A stretch of 39,739 bases of DNA from positions 1 to 39,739 of the IMG/VR virus record IMGVR_UViG_3300033481_000004; one strand, written 5' to 3'. This DNA comes from a virus (lineage: Duplodnaviria; Caudoviricetes). Below the pieces are notes generated by a model. That model did not search any database and had not been told where the DNA came from. It saw only the letters and a program-made list of their open reading frames with translations. Within the stretch, counting starts at the first letter, position 1. The number at the start of each line of letters is the position of its first letter. Shown here piece after piece: positions 24,087 to 34,651 of this stretch. A program made the position numbers and the translations under genes.

Positions 24087-25340
24087 TTGGGAATAATATC
24101 AAATATTAAAATGGCAATTAATAATGTTGCTATGCAGTCAGCTTTTAAAATGATTACAGAACTAGGAAATGGATATTATGCATGGAACGGCAAACTGTTT
24201 GACTCAGACGTTATACGTGCCTGTATAAGGCCGTACGCAAAATCAATAGGAAAATTAAAAGCAAAGCATATACGCAATTTTAACGGTTCGATTTCAATTA
24301 ATCCAGATGTGTATATGCGTTTTTTATTGGAAGAGCCAAATCCTTTAATGTCTGGTCAGGTTATGCAAGAAAAAGTAGCGACACAACTTGCGCTTAACAA
24401 CAATGCATTTATTTTGATAGTTAGAGACGATAACGGAATACCTATTCAGCTATATCCCGTACCGGCAGCAGGCGTTGAAGCAAAATACTTTGACACAAAT
24501 TTGTATTTGAAATTTTATTTTTTGAATGGAAATACTTTGATGTTTCCTTATACTGAAATAATTCATTTGAGAAATGACTTCAACAACAACGACATTTTTG
24601 GAGAATCTCCAGAGTTGCCATTAAAGCAGATTATGGATGTTCTTACTACAACGGATCAGGGAATCGTAAACGCTATTAAAAACAGCGGAGCAATCAGATG
24701 GTTGTTAAAGTATAGCACCCCTATGAGGCCAGAGGATTTAAAAGAGAACGTACAAAAATTTGTTGACAACTATCTAAGCGTATCAAGCAAAACTTTTGGT
24801 GCTGCCGGTGCTGATGCCAAAGCGGACGTTGTAAGAATAGAGCCAAAAGATTATGTACCAAACGCACTACAGATGGACAGCACCAAAAAACGTATATATG
24901 AGTTTTTTAATACCAATGAAAAGATAGTAAATTCCACTTATACAGAAGATGAATGGAATAGCTATTTTGAAAGCAAAATAGAACCCGATGCACTTCAATT
25001 ATCATCAGAATATACACGAAAGCTATTCAACCGCCGTGAGCGCGGCTTTGGTAACAGCATTTACTTTGATGCATCTAACTTACAATGTGCCAGCCTATCA
25101 ACAAAACTTGCATTACAAGCCATGGTAGATCGTGGCGCGCTTACTCCAAATGAGTGGCGTGAAACATTTAACCTCAGCCCAGTAGCCGATGGTGATAAGC
25201 CATTACGTAGACTTGACACCCAAACAGTGGATAAGGTCACAAACCTTTTATCTAATATGAAACTTGATAACATAGCAGAAACAAAGGCAGCAATCTATGC
25301 CTTATTGAAAGGTGGTGAGAAGAGTGCCGAAAAAGATTGA
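24087..25340 (+). CDS. Portal protein (HK97 family)
   Basis: LLEEPNPLMS, EIIHLR, LTPNEWRE..NLSP..DGD. Confidence 0.94.
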   Translation: MGIISNIKMAINNVAMQSAFKMITELGNGYYAWNGKLFDSDVIRACIRPYAKSIGKLKAKHIRNFNGSISINPDVYMRFLLEEPNPLMSGQVMQEKVATQLALNNNAFILIVRDDNGIPIQLYPVPAAGVEAKYFDTNLYLKFYFLNGNTLMFPYTEIIHLRNDFNNNDIFGESPELPLKQIMDVLTTTDQGIVNAIKNSGAIRWLLKYSTPMRPEDLKENVQKFVDNYLSVSSKTFGAAGADAKADVVRIEPKDYVPNALQMDSTKKRIYEFFNTNEKIVNSTYTEDEWNSYFESKIEPDALQLSSEYTRKLFNRRERGFGNSIYFDASNLQCASLSTKLALQAMVDRGALTPNEWRETFNLSPVADGDKPLRRLDTQTVDKVTNLLSNMKLDNIAETKAAIYALLKGGEKSAEKD

Positions 25341-26025
25341 TGTAAAAGGTGAGATTGTAGGCAATAGTGATGCCTTGGTTTACGAGTGGTTGCAAATCGA
25401 ACACACGTCACCACAAGGAATATCTAAACAGTTGGCAGAAGCAAACGGGGAAGATATTGAAGTCGAAATCAACAGCCCGGGTGGTAACATATTTGCCGGA
25501 TCTGAAATCTACACAGCTTTGAGATCTTACAAAGGAAATAAAAAGATCCGTATTGTTGGCCTTGCAGGCTCCGCTGCATCAGTAATTGCAGAAGCCGGAG
25601 AATCAGAAATAAGCCCTACGGCAATGTACATGATACATAAGGTTTCAAGCTATGCCAGCGGAAACCACAAAGCTATGGAACATCAGGCGGAAGTACTCAG
25701 GACGGCAGATGAAGCCATAGTGAATGCCTACGTGGATAAAACTGGAATGTCAAAAGAAGAACTGCTTTCCATGATGGATAAGGAATCGTGGTTAAGTGCA
25801 CAGCAGGCCGTTGATTATGGATTTGTTGACAAAGTAATGTTCCAAGACAGCCGGATACCGCTTACGAATTCTATCGGCGGAATCCCGCCAGAAGCAATTG
25901 AAAAATTAAGAAACCTCATTAAGGGTCCGGGCAATAATGCCACGGATTTTTTTAATGCCAAAAATTTAGAGAAGCAAAAAGCAGAAGCCAGATTACGCCT
26001 GCTTAATTTGAAAGGAGATTTTTAA
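25324..26025 (+). CDS. ClpP-type head maturation protease
   Basis: INSPGG, GLAGSAASVI, MYMIH, ESWLSAQQAVDYGFVD. Confidence 0.94.
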   Translation: MPKKIDVKGEIVGNSDALVYEWLQIEHTSPQGISKQLAEANGEDIEVEINSPGGNIFAGSEIYTALRSYKGNKKIRIVGLAGSAASVIAEAGESEISPTAMYMIHKVSSYASGNHKAMEHQAEVLRTADEAIVNAYVDKTGMSKEELLSMMDKESWLSAQQAVDYGFVDKVMFQDSRIPLTNSIGGIPPEAIEKLRNLIKGPGNNATDFFNAKNLEKQKAEARLRLLNLKGDF

Positions 26026-27218
26026 TGAGAAGAGAAGAATATGTAGCAAAAAGAGAAGCTATGAAGAACGAGGCGCAGGAACTTATTAACGCCGGAAAAT
26101 TTGATGAAGCCAATGCAAAGATTGATGCAGCTGCAAAGCTCGATGAACAGTTTTCCAATGAGGCAAAAGCAGAAGCAAATCTTAAGGCATTAGGAGATAC
26201 TCCACTTTTAAACCTTTCCGGAGCTGTTACAATTCCGTCCGCTACTCCTGCTGCAGAACCGGAAGATATTTACGATTCTGTTGAATACAGAAAAGCATTT
26301 ATGAACTACGTGGTAGCGGGTAAGCCTATTCCTGATAAATTTACAAACGCTTCCACCACTACAAAGACCAGTGATGTGGGATCAGTAATTTCACCGACAG
26401 TACTTAACCGGATCATTGAGAAAATGGAAGCCACCGGAATGATTCTTCCGCTGGTTACAAGAACTACATATGCGGCAGGCGTAACCGTTCCTACTTCCAC
26501 CGTTAAGCCAGTAGCAACATGGGTTGCAGAGGGTGGAACTTCCGACAAACAGAAGAAAACAACCGGGCAGATTGATATTAAGGGCTACAAACTGAGATGT
26601 GCAATCTCCATGACTCTTGAAACGTCTGTCATGACATTAGCAGTATTTGAGACACAGTTTGTAAACAATGTATCAGAAGCTATGGTAAAAGCACAGGAGC
26701 AGGCTTTCATTTCAGGAACCGGAACCGGTCAGCCTAAAGGTGTGCTGGCTGAAACCGTAGTTTCAGGACAGAACGTTGAAATTGCTGCAGCGGCAAATCC
26801 TACATATGCAACGCTTGTTGATGCAGAAGCAGCTTTACCGCTTGCTTACGAGACAAACGCAGTATGGAACATGACAAAGAAAACATTTATGAAATTTATC
26901 GGAATGGTTGACGATCAGAAACAGCCTATTGCCAGAGTAAACTATGGCATTAACGGACAGCCGGAAAGAACGTTGCTTGGCAGAAGAGTTGTGTTAAACG
27001 ACTACATGACTAGCCTTGGAGCAACTATCACTTCTGACACTGTTGTGGCGTTCCTGTTTGACTGGTCTGATTACATGTTCAATGCAAATTACAACATGAC
27101 AATCAAAACCTATGAGGATAACGATACAGAAGATCAGGTAACTAAGGCTATCATGATCTGCGATGGAAAAGCAATCGATGTTAATTCCCTGGTAACCGTA
27201 ACCAAAAAGTCAGCTTAA
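26025..27218 (+). CDS. Major capsid protein (HK97 fold)
   Basis: Coiled-coil delta domain, ATWVAEG, GTGTGQPKG, LLGRRV. Confidence 0.94.
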   Translation: MRREEYVAKREAMKNEAQELINAGKFDEANAKIDAAAKLDEQFSNEAKAEANLKALGDTPLLNLSGAVTIPSATPAAEPEDIYDSVEYRKAFMNYVVAGKPIPDKFTNASTTTKTSDVGSVISPTVLNRIIEKMEATGMILPLVTRTTYAAGVTVPTSTVKPVATWVAEGGTSDKQKKTTGQIDIKGYKLRCAISMTLETSVMTLAVFETQFVNNVSEAMVKAQEQAFISGTGTGQPKGVLAETVVSGQNVEIAAAANPTYATLVDAEAALPLAYETNAVWNMTKKTFMKFIGMVDDQKQPIARVNYGINGQPERTLLGRRVVLNDYMTSLGATITSDTVVAFLFDWSDYMFNANYNMTIKTYEDNDTEDQVTKAIMICDGKAIDVNSLVTVTKKSA

Positions 27219-27233
27219 TAAAGGGGTGGTTAT

Positions 27234-27524
27234 ATGCTGACCATTAATGTAACAACGGAACAGATGCGCAGCATGGTCAGAATCAGCCACAACAAATTAG
27301 ATGATGAGCTTGATATTTTAAAGAAAGCATGTCAAACGGATCTGAGTATGAGTGGAGTTAATATCATACCCACCGGCGACATGCTTTCTTTGGCTACTCT
27401 CAGACTTTATTTGCGATGGCAAATGAACTATAACGGCGAAGCTGACAGATATATGCAGGCGTACCAATCAGCAAAAATAGCGATGTCTCTTGCGAGTGAA
27501 TATAGCGAGGTGCCAACACCATGA
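27234..27524 (+). CDS. Head-tail connector (gp6-like)
   Basis: Position; VRISHNKLDDEL. Confidence 0.8.
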   Translation: MLTINVTTEQMRSMVRISHNKLDDELDILKKACQTDLSMSGVNIIPTGDMLSLATLRLYLRWQMNYNGEADRYMQAYQSAKIAMSLASEYSEVPTP

Positions 27525-27829
27525 GAAATGATATTTGCACCTTAATTATTCGTGTTGGATCTGGAAGCCAGATTAACGAAACAAGCAAAGAAATATTTTG
27601 CACAAAATCATCATGCGTTAGAAGTGAGTTTTATCAGGCCTATGGAGTTGGTTTGAAACCAAAACTAAATATAGACATTGATCCAGAAGATTATGACTCA
27701 ATGTCTATATTATTAAACGGAACACTCATAACTCCACAAAAAGTTACTTATAACGGCGCGGTTTATAACATATTGCGCACTTATCAAGATCCAAAAGACG
27801 AATCAACATTGTCTCTGACTGTGGGGTGA
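27521..27829 (+). CDS. Head closure protein
   Basis: Position; RSEFYQA..VGLKP...YNILRTY. Confidence 0.8.
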   Translation: MRNDICTLIIRVGSGSQINETSKEIFCTKSSCVRSEFYQAYGVGLKPKLNIDIDPEDYDSMSILLNGTLITPQKVTYNGAVYNILRTYQDPKDESTLSLTVG

Positions 27830-27845
27830 TTATATCAAGGTTGAA

Positions 27846-28283
27846 ATGGATTATAAAGAGCAAATCGGAGCCATTGACGAAATGCTTAGATCAATACCAA
27901 AAACAATGCAATCAGAAGAAAAAAAGTTTTTGAGCAAAACTGGATCTGCAATTAAAAGCAATGTAGTCAAGTTTCTCCATAGGTCAGGGATTGAATCCAG
28001 ACTTGATATAGATCCAAAGAATTATGACGGATCTAGGCCATATGTACACATCAAAGACGATGTAAGGTTCACTGTAAAAAAGAATAAGCAAGGGGATCTT
28101 TATGTCAGTGTTAAAGGTGGGAAATACACCGGCTATAAGTGGGGATTCCTGAATGATGGACATATCGCAAGGGACGGTCATACTTTCGTGCCTGGAACCA
28201 AATTTATGGAAAGAGCATTGCAATCATCACAAGGCGATATAAACAATGCAATATACGAAATTATGAAAAAGGTGGTGCAGTAA
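27846..28283 (+). CDS. HK97 gp10-like tail completion protein
   Basis: FLNDGH...FVPGTKFMERA. Confidence 0.8.
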   Translation: MDYKEQIGAIDEMLRSIPKTMQSEEKKFLSKTGSAIKSNVVKFLHRSGIESRLDIDPKNYDGSRPYVHIKDDVRFTVKKNKQGDLYVSVKGGKYTGYKWGFLNDGHIARDGHTFVPGTKFMERALQSSQGDINNAIYEIMKKVVQ

Positions 28284-28615
28284 TGGACGTTGAACAATTA
28301 ATAAAAACCGCCTTAGATATTCCGGTAATTGATTTGTCAGAACCTTTGCTTTACCCATGCGCCACTTGGTATAAATCTACGGAAGAAACAGAACTTTCAG
28401 GCAGCGGAAAAGAAACCGAAGCATCAGACACTTATGAAGTTGATGTTTGGTGTCAAGCGCGTAATGATTTGGAATCTTACGCTGCGCTATTAAAGCAGGC
28501 TATTTCATCAATTGAATATTGCACCATTCCAGACATGACAATAACATTCGACACAAACGGAAAAGTGTGGAGAGCAAATTTCAATTTTAAACATGTAAAG
28601 GAGGATATAGCATAA
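28283..28615 (+). CDS. Tail terminator protein
   Basis: Position; YEVDVW. Confidence 0.75.
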   Translation: MDVEQLIKTALDIPVIDLSEPLLYPCATWYKSTEETELSGSGKETEASDTYEVDVWCQARNDLESYAALLKQAISSIEYCTIPDMTITFDTNGKVWRANFNFKHVKEDIA

Positions 28616-29203
28616 ATGGCATCAGTTAAATCAAACAGAATTAATATTAAAAAACCAGTGTATTGCTTGCTTACCACAGACACTCCGTCTGGTACTACAT
28701 ATGGAGCAGTTAAAGCATTTGGAGAACCAATGCAAGTACAAATTACTCCGCAAATGTCAACAGGTGTTTTATACGGCGGAGGAAAAAAGCAGGAAGATAT
28801 CGGAAAAATCAAAGGCTATGCGGTTGCTTTTGATGTAAACAAATTATTTTCTGAGGTAAAAGCAGAAATAATGGGGCATACGGTAACTGACGGTGTTGTT
28901 ATTGTAAAAGACGGTGACGAAGCTCCATACCTTGCATTTGGTTATGAGGTGGAACAGACGAACGGTACAAAAGAGCAGATTTGGTTCTTGAAAGGCCGCG
29001 CACAGCCTGCGAACCAGACAATTCAGCAGTCGGCCGACAACATTAACTTCTCAACCGATTCAATTACAATGAACTTTATCCCGCGTGATTCTGATGAAAG
29101 AATATCATGGTTTGGAGATACGGCAAACTCAAGCTACACATCAACACAGGCAGATGCTTTTTTTGCAACAGGCCCAGTATCATTCCCAACAGCAACACCA
29201 TAA
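28616..29203 (+). CDS. Major tail protein (phi13-like)
   Basis: D.APYLAFGYE...IWFLKG. Confidence 0.88.
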   Translation: MASVKSNRINIKKPVYCLLTTDTPSGTTYGAVKAFGEPMQVQITPQMSTGVLYGGGKKQEDIGKIKGYAVAFDVNKLFSEVKAEIMGHTVTDGVVIVKDGDEAPYLAFGYEVEQTNGTKEQIWFLKGRAQPANQTIQQSADNINFSTDSITMNFIPRDSDERISWFGDTANSSYTSTQADAFFATGPVSFPTATP

Positions 29204-29207
29204 TTAT

Positions 29208-29232
29208 AAGCCCCTATATATGGGGCTTTTTA
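29208..29232 (+). terminator. Intrinsic terminator after major tail gene
   Basis: AAGCCCC-TATATAT-GGGGCTT then T run. Confidence 0.75.
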
Positions 29233-29251
29233 TTTTGCAAGGAGGTATGGA

Positions 29252-29635
29252 ATGAAAAAAATAACTGCAAGGCCAGCAAATGAAATCGAGATACAATTTG
29301 CTGATGATACAATAATGCTGGCAACTTTTAACATCAAAGCCATGCGATACATGATGGAAATGTTGTATGAAAAGGAAAAAGTAGCCGCAGATATACCGAT
29401 AGAAGAGTTTGGGGCAGTCATTATTTATTCCGGAATCAAGGCTAACAACCCTGAGTTTACAATTGAAGAAGCCAACGCCTTGGCACTGTCAATGAATCCG
29501 GCAGATCTTAATGAAATTATTAATAGCTACAATGAATCAACCGGTATTATGGATCAGGAAACAGAGGAAGCAGTAACAAAAAAAGTGATTGCTCAGATAT
29601 TAACGGGGCTGGCAAAATCAAACTCGAAAAAGTAA
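29252..29635 (+). CDS. Tail assembly chaperone (gpG-like)
   Basis: Between major tail and tape measure genes; slippery A run near the end. Confidence 0.8.
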   Translation: MKKITARPANEIEIQFADDTIMLATFNIKAMRYMMEMLYEKEKVAADIPIEEFGAVIIYSGIKANNPEFTIEEANALALSMNPADLNEIINSYNESTGIMDQETEEAVTKKVIAQILTGLAKSNSKK

Positions 29636-29856
29636 TACTTGATTTTGATATGCTTTTTTACTTCTACTGCGTAGAATTGCATATGTCTGAGCAAGATTTT
29701 GAGATCAGCAGTCCGGCAAAAGTTTTAAAAATGATAGATATTTACCATGACAAATTAAACATTAACTCACAAGAAAATTATCAACCAAAATATTTTTCGC
29801 AGCAGAGTGAAGCACATACTGTAAATTCTATGAAAGAAGTGGAGGGCTTCCTATGA
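29578..29856 (+). CDS. Tail chaperone -1 frameshift extension (gpT-like); coordinates start at the slip site
   Basis: A AAA AAA at 29578-29584; -1 frame open and continuous with ORF 29650-29856, which lacks an RBS. Confidence 0.7.
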   Translation, partial: KKSDCSDINGAGKIKLEKVILDFDMLFYFYCVELHMSEQDFEISSPAKVLKMIDIYHDKLNINSQENYQPKYFSQQSEAHTVNSMKEVEGFL

Positions 29857-31562
29857 GCGATAGCGCATACAAAAAAACAATAGTAATCGGGCTTGACTAC
29901 GCTCAGTTTTCGGGAGGTATTACAGAGTGTAACCGGAAAATGGGATTGCTTGAAGCTGAGTTTAAGCTTGCAAAAGAACAGGCCAAAAACTACGGCACTG
30001 AGACAGACCAGCTTACAGTTAAAAAAGAAGCCCTTTCACAAATGATTAATTTGCAAACAAAAATTGTCGAAGAACATCGCAAGGCATACGACAAAGCTAT
30101 GCTTGGCGGAGTAGGAATGGAAAAGCAAGTTGATGCCCTTGACAAAAAACTGCTTACTGCCAGAACTACTCTTGAAAAGCTTAACGGTGAATACAATACT
30201 GCCAGCAAGGAACTTGACGAATATAAGAAAAAGACAGAAGAAGCAGGAGACAAAACAGAAGAGTCAGAAAAGAAGCAAAAATCATTTGGAGATACAATAA
30301 GAGGGGTCGGAAGTGTATTAGGTTTAGAAGCTTCACCGGCAATTGAAGCTTTTGCATCAAAATTTGACGGCCTTGGTGAACACGTTGGATTGGCAATGGT
30401 GGCACTGGGCGCGATTACCACAAAATTGTACGATGCATCTAAGTCTGCGTCTGAGTATGCAGATAATATTCTTACAATGTCAAGCACAACCGGATTGGCA
30501 ACAGACACACTTCAAAAGATGGATTATGCAGCTGAGCTTGTTGATGTATCAACCGAACAGATTAGTTCTTCCATGACAAAAATGATTAAAAGCATGGATA
30601 AGGCCAGAGACGGCAATGAGGATATGCAAAAATCATTTGCTCGTCTTGGAGTCAGATACAAGGACGGCAACAAAGAATTGCGTAACGCAGAAGATACTTT
30701 CTATGATCTTATTGATGCTCTTGGAAAAATAACAAATGAAACCGAACGCGATTCAAAATCAATGGAAATATTCGGCAAATCCGCCAGGGAACTAAATCCC
30801 TTGATTGAAGCAGGAAGCGGAAGACTAAGAGAACTTGGCGAAGAAGCCGAGAGCCTTGGATATGTGCTTGATGATACGTCATTAAATAAATTAGGCGCGT
30901 TTGATGATTCGCTGCAGCGAATGAAAAAATCAAGCGAAGGATTACAAAATTCATTTGGTTTAGCACTTGCTCCTATAATGACCGCGTTTTTTGATACTCT
31001 TGCAAAAGTTCCAGTGCCAGTTTTACAGTCATTGATAACCCTTGGTGGTACTGTAGCAAGTATAATGCTTGTTGTAAAGGCTATTAAGGAAGTCACAAGT
31101 ACTGGAAAGGGAATGATAGATTTTTTCAAGGGCTTAGATGCTCAGTCTATTAAAACAACTGCTATTATTATTGGAGTTGTGGCGGCTTTGCTTGCTCTTG
31201 GCGTTATTATTGCTGTTATCGCTGGAAAAGGAAATGACCTCAATAAAACAATGGAGGGCGTAAGCAGCAGCGTAGGCAATATGAAAAGCAGCATACAAAA
31301 GCAGCAGACACAGTATTACGCTTCTGGAACCGATTATGCTCCCGGAGGTTGGTCTTGGACCGGCGAACATGGTCCAGAGTTAGCATATCTTCCTACTGGG
31401 TCAAAAGTGATTGATGCAGAAAACTCAAAAAAAATATCCGGTGGAGATATATATAATGTCAATCTTACGTTAGACGCAAGAAAAGTAAAAGATTTTACCG
31501 ATGCTGTTGACTTTATGCAAAAAATAAAACCGTCAATAAGGGCAGGAAGGAGCAGACTATAA
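29853..31562 (+). CDS. Tape measure protein (short, 569 aa)
   Basis: Helical Ala-rich sequence; C-terminal YASGT...WTGEHGPEL motif. Confidence 0.9.
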   Translation: MSDSAYKKTIVIGLDYAQFSGGITECNRKMGLLEAEFKLAKEQAKNYGTETDQLTVKKEALSQMINLQTKIVEEHRKAYDKAMLGGVGMEKQVDALDKKLLTARTTLEKLNGEYNTASKELDEYKKKTEEAGDKTEESEKKQKSFGDTIRGVGSVLGLEASPAIEAFASKFDGLGEHVGLAMVALGAITTKLYDASKSASEYADNILTMSSTTGLATDTLQKMDYAAELVDVSTEQISSSMTKMIKSMDKARDGNEDMQKSFARLGVRYKDGNKELRNAEDTFYDLIDALGKITNETERDSKSMEIFGKSARELNPLIEAGSGRLRELGEEAESLGYVLDDTSLNKLGAFDDSLQRMKKSSEGLQNSFGLALAPIMTAFFDTLAKVPVPVLQSLITLGGTVASIMLVVKAIKEVTSTGKGMIDFFKGLDAQSIKTTAIIIGVVAALLALGVIIAVIAGKGNDLNKTMEGVSSSVGNMKSSIQKQQTQYYASGTDYAPGGWSWTGEHGPELAYLPTGSKVIDAENSKKISGGDIYNVNLTLDARKVKDFTDAVDFMQKIKPSIRAGRSRL

Positions 31563-31563
31563 T

Positions 31564-33312
31564 ATGGCAACTCAAACAGTACAATGCAAAGCTGACACAT
31601 ACGTGGCGTTTAACTCGCCGAGTGGAAATTTCAGCAGTTTAAGTTATATGTATGTTCACCGGATTACAACTTCTTCCTCTGCCATGCTTGCCTTTCTGCA
31701 ATTTGATATTCCGTCATTTACGAATAAACAAATCACAAAAGCAGAGTTAAAAATACATTGTCAACAAAAAGGACGGCACAGCACAATTGCTGCCGCCCAG
31801 TATGCTATACCGGTAAGCGTAAATACTTTGACTGGTAGTTCTGTGCAATCACAATATATCGATAGTGATTTGGCCTATTCTCCTACGCAGATAACTTCTC
31901 CTGCTTACGTACAGACTGCAAATGAATGGATTGTATGGGACATAACGGCTATTGTAACAAATGGTCAAGGCACAAACGATGCTGTGTTTGGATTAAGCGA
32001 CTTAACTGGAACGCAGTCAGATGATACCGAAATCTGGAAGTTTTCTTCCCGTGAATCAGGAAATATTCCATATATTGAGGTAACATACAATGATGCGGTT
32101 CCTGATCTTCCCACTATTTTATATCCAAACGGTGATGTAATTGAAAAAGGCAATGCGCTTACATTTCAGTGGAAACATAATTCACTTTACGATACCGGTC
32201 AGGTAAAATATGATTTCGGGTGGAGACAACAGGGCAATGCTTCTTGGACTGAAACACTTGGAGTTGTTACAACTACTCAAAACCGTACATTAGACAGCAA
32301 CGCCTTGCCGACCGGAATTATTGAATGGCGTGTAAGAACCTACAATGCAAATAATGCAGTATCAGAGTATGCTTACGGATCGTTTGAACTTACTGGGCGG
32401 CCTACGGCTCCAATCATTGATACCATGAAGAATGATGCCATTACAGAGATCGCGTGGAGAAGCAATGCAGCTGAAACGGCTATATTTCGGATATGGATTT
32501 ACCAGGGCGCGACGCTTATTCATGACAGCGGAAATATGCCGGGTGGATTAAAAAGTTCTTATATTCCAAACATGGTGTTTCCAAACGGTACATACACGGT
32601 TAAGATGCGCATAGGCAGCGTATACAACGTTTGGTCAGACGAAAGCGCAAAGGTGTTTACTATATCGGCATCAGTGCCAAACACGCCAGACATGGTCTTA
32701 TCTGTCACGCATGGCGGTATATTGATTAGCACAACCTCCACGGCGGCAGATAAGATCGTATACCGTTCGGAAGATGGCATTGCATTTATTCCAATTGGAC
32801 GTTTTACCGGATCTGAATATATTGATTATGCTGTGAAGTCTGACGTTATGTATGAGTACTTTATCAGGGCGCATAACGGCAGCTACGCAGACAGCGGCAA
32901 ACAATCAATCAAGGTAAAGTACAAAGGCGCGTTGCTGTCTGAAATAAATAATCCAGGTGATTACATCGAAATATATAAATCAGATAGCGATTGGTTTAAC
33001 AGCATAAAGTCAAAATTTTCAAATGAAGCAGAACTTGTAAAATACGAAGGGCGCACTTACCCGGTAAAAGAGTCTGGAATTCATAAAGATTTTGGAATTG
33101 GAATTACATTTTATCTCAGCAATGACAATGCAAAAAGAATTGAATCATTGTATGGATTGAATGGAATTTACTTATTCCGTAACAGTGAAAAATGCTTTTG
33201 TTGTGAGATAGAATCATTCGAGCATGAAAATACATTATTTAATGCCGGTAAAAATGTAGAAATATCGATAAACCAGATTGATTATAGCTTGGAGGTGAGG
33301 TTTGATGTATAG
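31564..33312 (+). CDS. Tail/baseplate protein (DNRLRE-like N-terminus, Fn3-like domains; Dit-like position)
   Basis: ADTYV...AFLQFDI...ITKAELKI...FSSRES...PYIEVTY; follows tape measure. Confidence 0.7.
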   Translation: MATQTVQCKADTYVAFNSPSGNFSSLSYMYVHRITTSSSAMLAFLQFDIPSFTNKQITKAELKIHCQQKGRHSTIAAAQYAIPVSVNTLTGSSVQSQYIDSDLAYSPTQITSPAYVQTANEWIVWDITAIVTNGQGTNDAVFGLSDLTGTQSDDTEIWKFSSRESGNIPYIEVTYNDAVPDLPTILYPNGDVIEKGNALTFQWKHNSLYDTGQVKYDFGWRQQGNASWTETLGVVTTTQNRTLDSNALPTGIIEWRVRTYNANNAVSEYAYGSFELTGRPTAPIIDTMKNDAITEIAWRSNAAETAIFRIWIYQGATLIHDSGNMPGGLKSSYIPNMVFPNGTYTVKMRIGSVYNVWSDESAKVFTISASVPNTPDMVLSVTHGGILISTTSTAADKIVYRSEDGIAFIPIGRFTGSEYIDYAVKSDVMYEYFIRAHNGSYADSGKQSIKVKYKGALLSEINNPGDYIEIYKSDSDWFNSIKSKFSNEAELVKYEGRTYPVKESGIHKDFGIGITFYLSNDNAKRIESLYGLNGIYLFRNSEKCFCCEIESFEHENTLFNAGKNVEISINQIDYSLEVRFDV

Positions 33313-34408
33313 CCTTGCACAAGGCGGTTATACCCATGAAGAAGTATTAAGAATGCTTGAATCTGACCGCACCATTAATTTTCGGTATGAACTGCTGGAT
33401 AAAAATGAAGTTAAGTTAAAAGATCTGGAAAATGTGAGTGGAAATATTCGATTTGACAGCTCTCAGGAAATAATGGGAACCGCTTCGCTCACAATCAGGG
33501 AAATCGGGGACGTAGACCTTAAAACAGTAGACTTAAGGGTGCGTCCTTTCTTCCGGTTAAAATCACCTGCAGGCTGGCTTGAATATCCCCTCGGGACTTA
33601 TATCATGAGTAGCCCAGAAAGATCCAGACAGGATAGCGGAGTGCTGCAACAGGTGGATTGCTATGATTACGGAACGATTTTGAAAGAGGATAAGATCACA
33701 ACCAGATTGTTTATTGCAGCCGGAACAAATTATGTTACTCAGGTGCGAAGCATTATAACGGCAGCAGGAATCAAAAAGACCAATATTGAAACGTCTATTC
33801 TCACAGTAAGCACAGCCTTAGAATTTGAGATAGGCACAAGCAAACTGGATATCATTAATTCGTTGTTGACCGCTATTAACTATGAGCCGTTGCATTTTGA
33901 CAACCGTGGGTATGCGGTCAGCCGTAGATATGTTGAGCCACTTAATCGCCAGACTGAGCAGGCTTACCAGACAAACGATAGGAGCATTATAAAAGGCGGT
34001 GCAAAGCAAAGTGTTGACATTTACAATGTGCCTAATATATTCGTGCGTTACACAGACGATCCGGACGGCGTAGAGTTAAGGAGCCAATATACAAACGACA
34101 GCGTAGCAAGTGTAATATCAACTGTTAATCGTGGGAGAAATGTGGTTGACATTGAAAGCGTGAACGACATAGCTGATCAGTCTACCCTTAACGATCTGGT
34201 CAGGCGTATCGCCATTGAGAAAAGCCAGACTTACGATGCTGTTATACTGCCTACGGCCTTGATGCCACATCATTCTTACCGTGACTGTGTTTACGTTGGT
34301 GAGAACAGTCTCGGAGTAGGAAACAAATATATTGAGTATGCATGGGAAATGGATCTAAGTGTTGGTGGAACCATGACACACACTTTAAAGAGGGTGGTGA
34401 AACTATGA
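33305..34408 (+). CDS. Baseplate hub (Tal-like) protein
   Basis: Position; EYPLGTY, GTSKLDIINSLL, VPNIFV. Confidence 0.7.
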   Translation: MYSLAQGGYTHEEVLRMLESDRTINFRYELLDKNEVKLKDLENVSGNIRFDSSQEIMGTASLTIREIGDVDLKTVDLRVRPFFRLKSPAGWLEYPLGTYIMSSPERSRQDSGVLQQVDCYDYGTILKEDKITTRLFIAAGTNYVTQVRSIITAAGIKKTNIETSILTVSTALEFEIGTSKLDIINSLLTAINYEPLHFDNRGYAVSRRYVEPLNRQTEQAYQTNDRSIIKGGAKQSVDIYNVPNIFVRYTDDPDGVELRSQYTNDSVASVISTVNRGRNVVDIESVNDIADQSTLNDLVRRIAIEKSQTYDAVILPTALMPHHSYRDCVYVGENSLGVGNKYIEYAWEMDLSVGGTMTHTLKRVVKL

Positions 34409-34650
34409 ATTATAGTAACCCGGGTGAACAGCTTGACGAAATGAGATTACTGTTTGAAAGAGATAAGGCATATCGAATGGCGGTAGTAGATAGCGTTACG
34501 AGCAACAGACCATACCTCAGATTTTACGGCGAAACTGCGGCAAGCCAAAAGCCTTATAAATATCTCCAATCATACACACCAACCCAAGGAGATAAAGTAC
34601 TTGTGGCGCGCGTGGCTAAAACCTATGTAATACTCGGAAAGGTGGTATAA
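34405..34650 (+). CDS. Small tail-tip OB-fold-like protein
   Basis: YKYLQSYTPTQGDKVLV...YVILGKV. Confidence 0.7.
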   Translation: MNYSNPGEQLDEMRLLFERDKAYRMAVVDSVTSNRPYLRFYGETAASQKPYKYLQSYTPTQGDKVLVARVAKTYVILGKVV

Positions 34651-34651
34651 G

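Noticed and set aside
29990-31129. Long minus-strand ORFs opposite the tape measure gene (and similar shadow ORFs across the window)
   Set aside because: Antisense to well-supported genes, no RBS, no recognisable motifs
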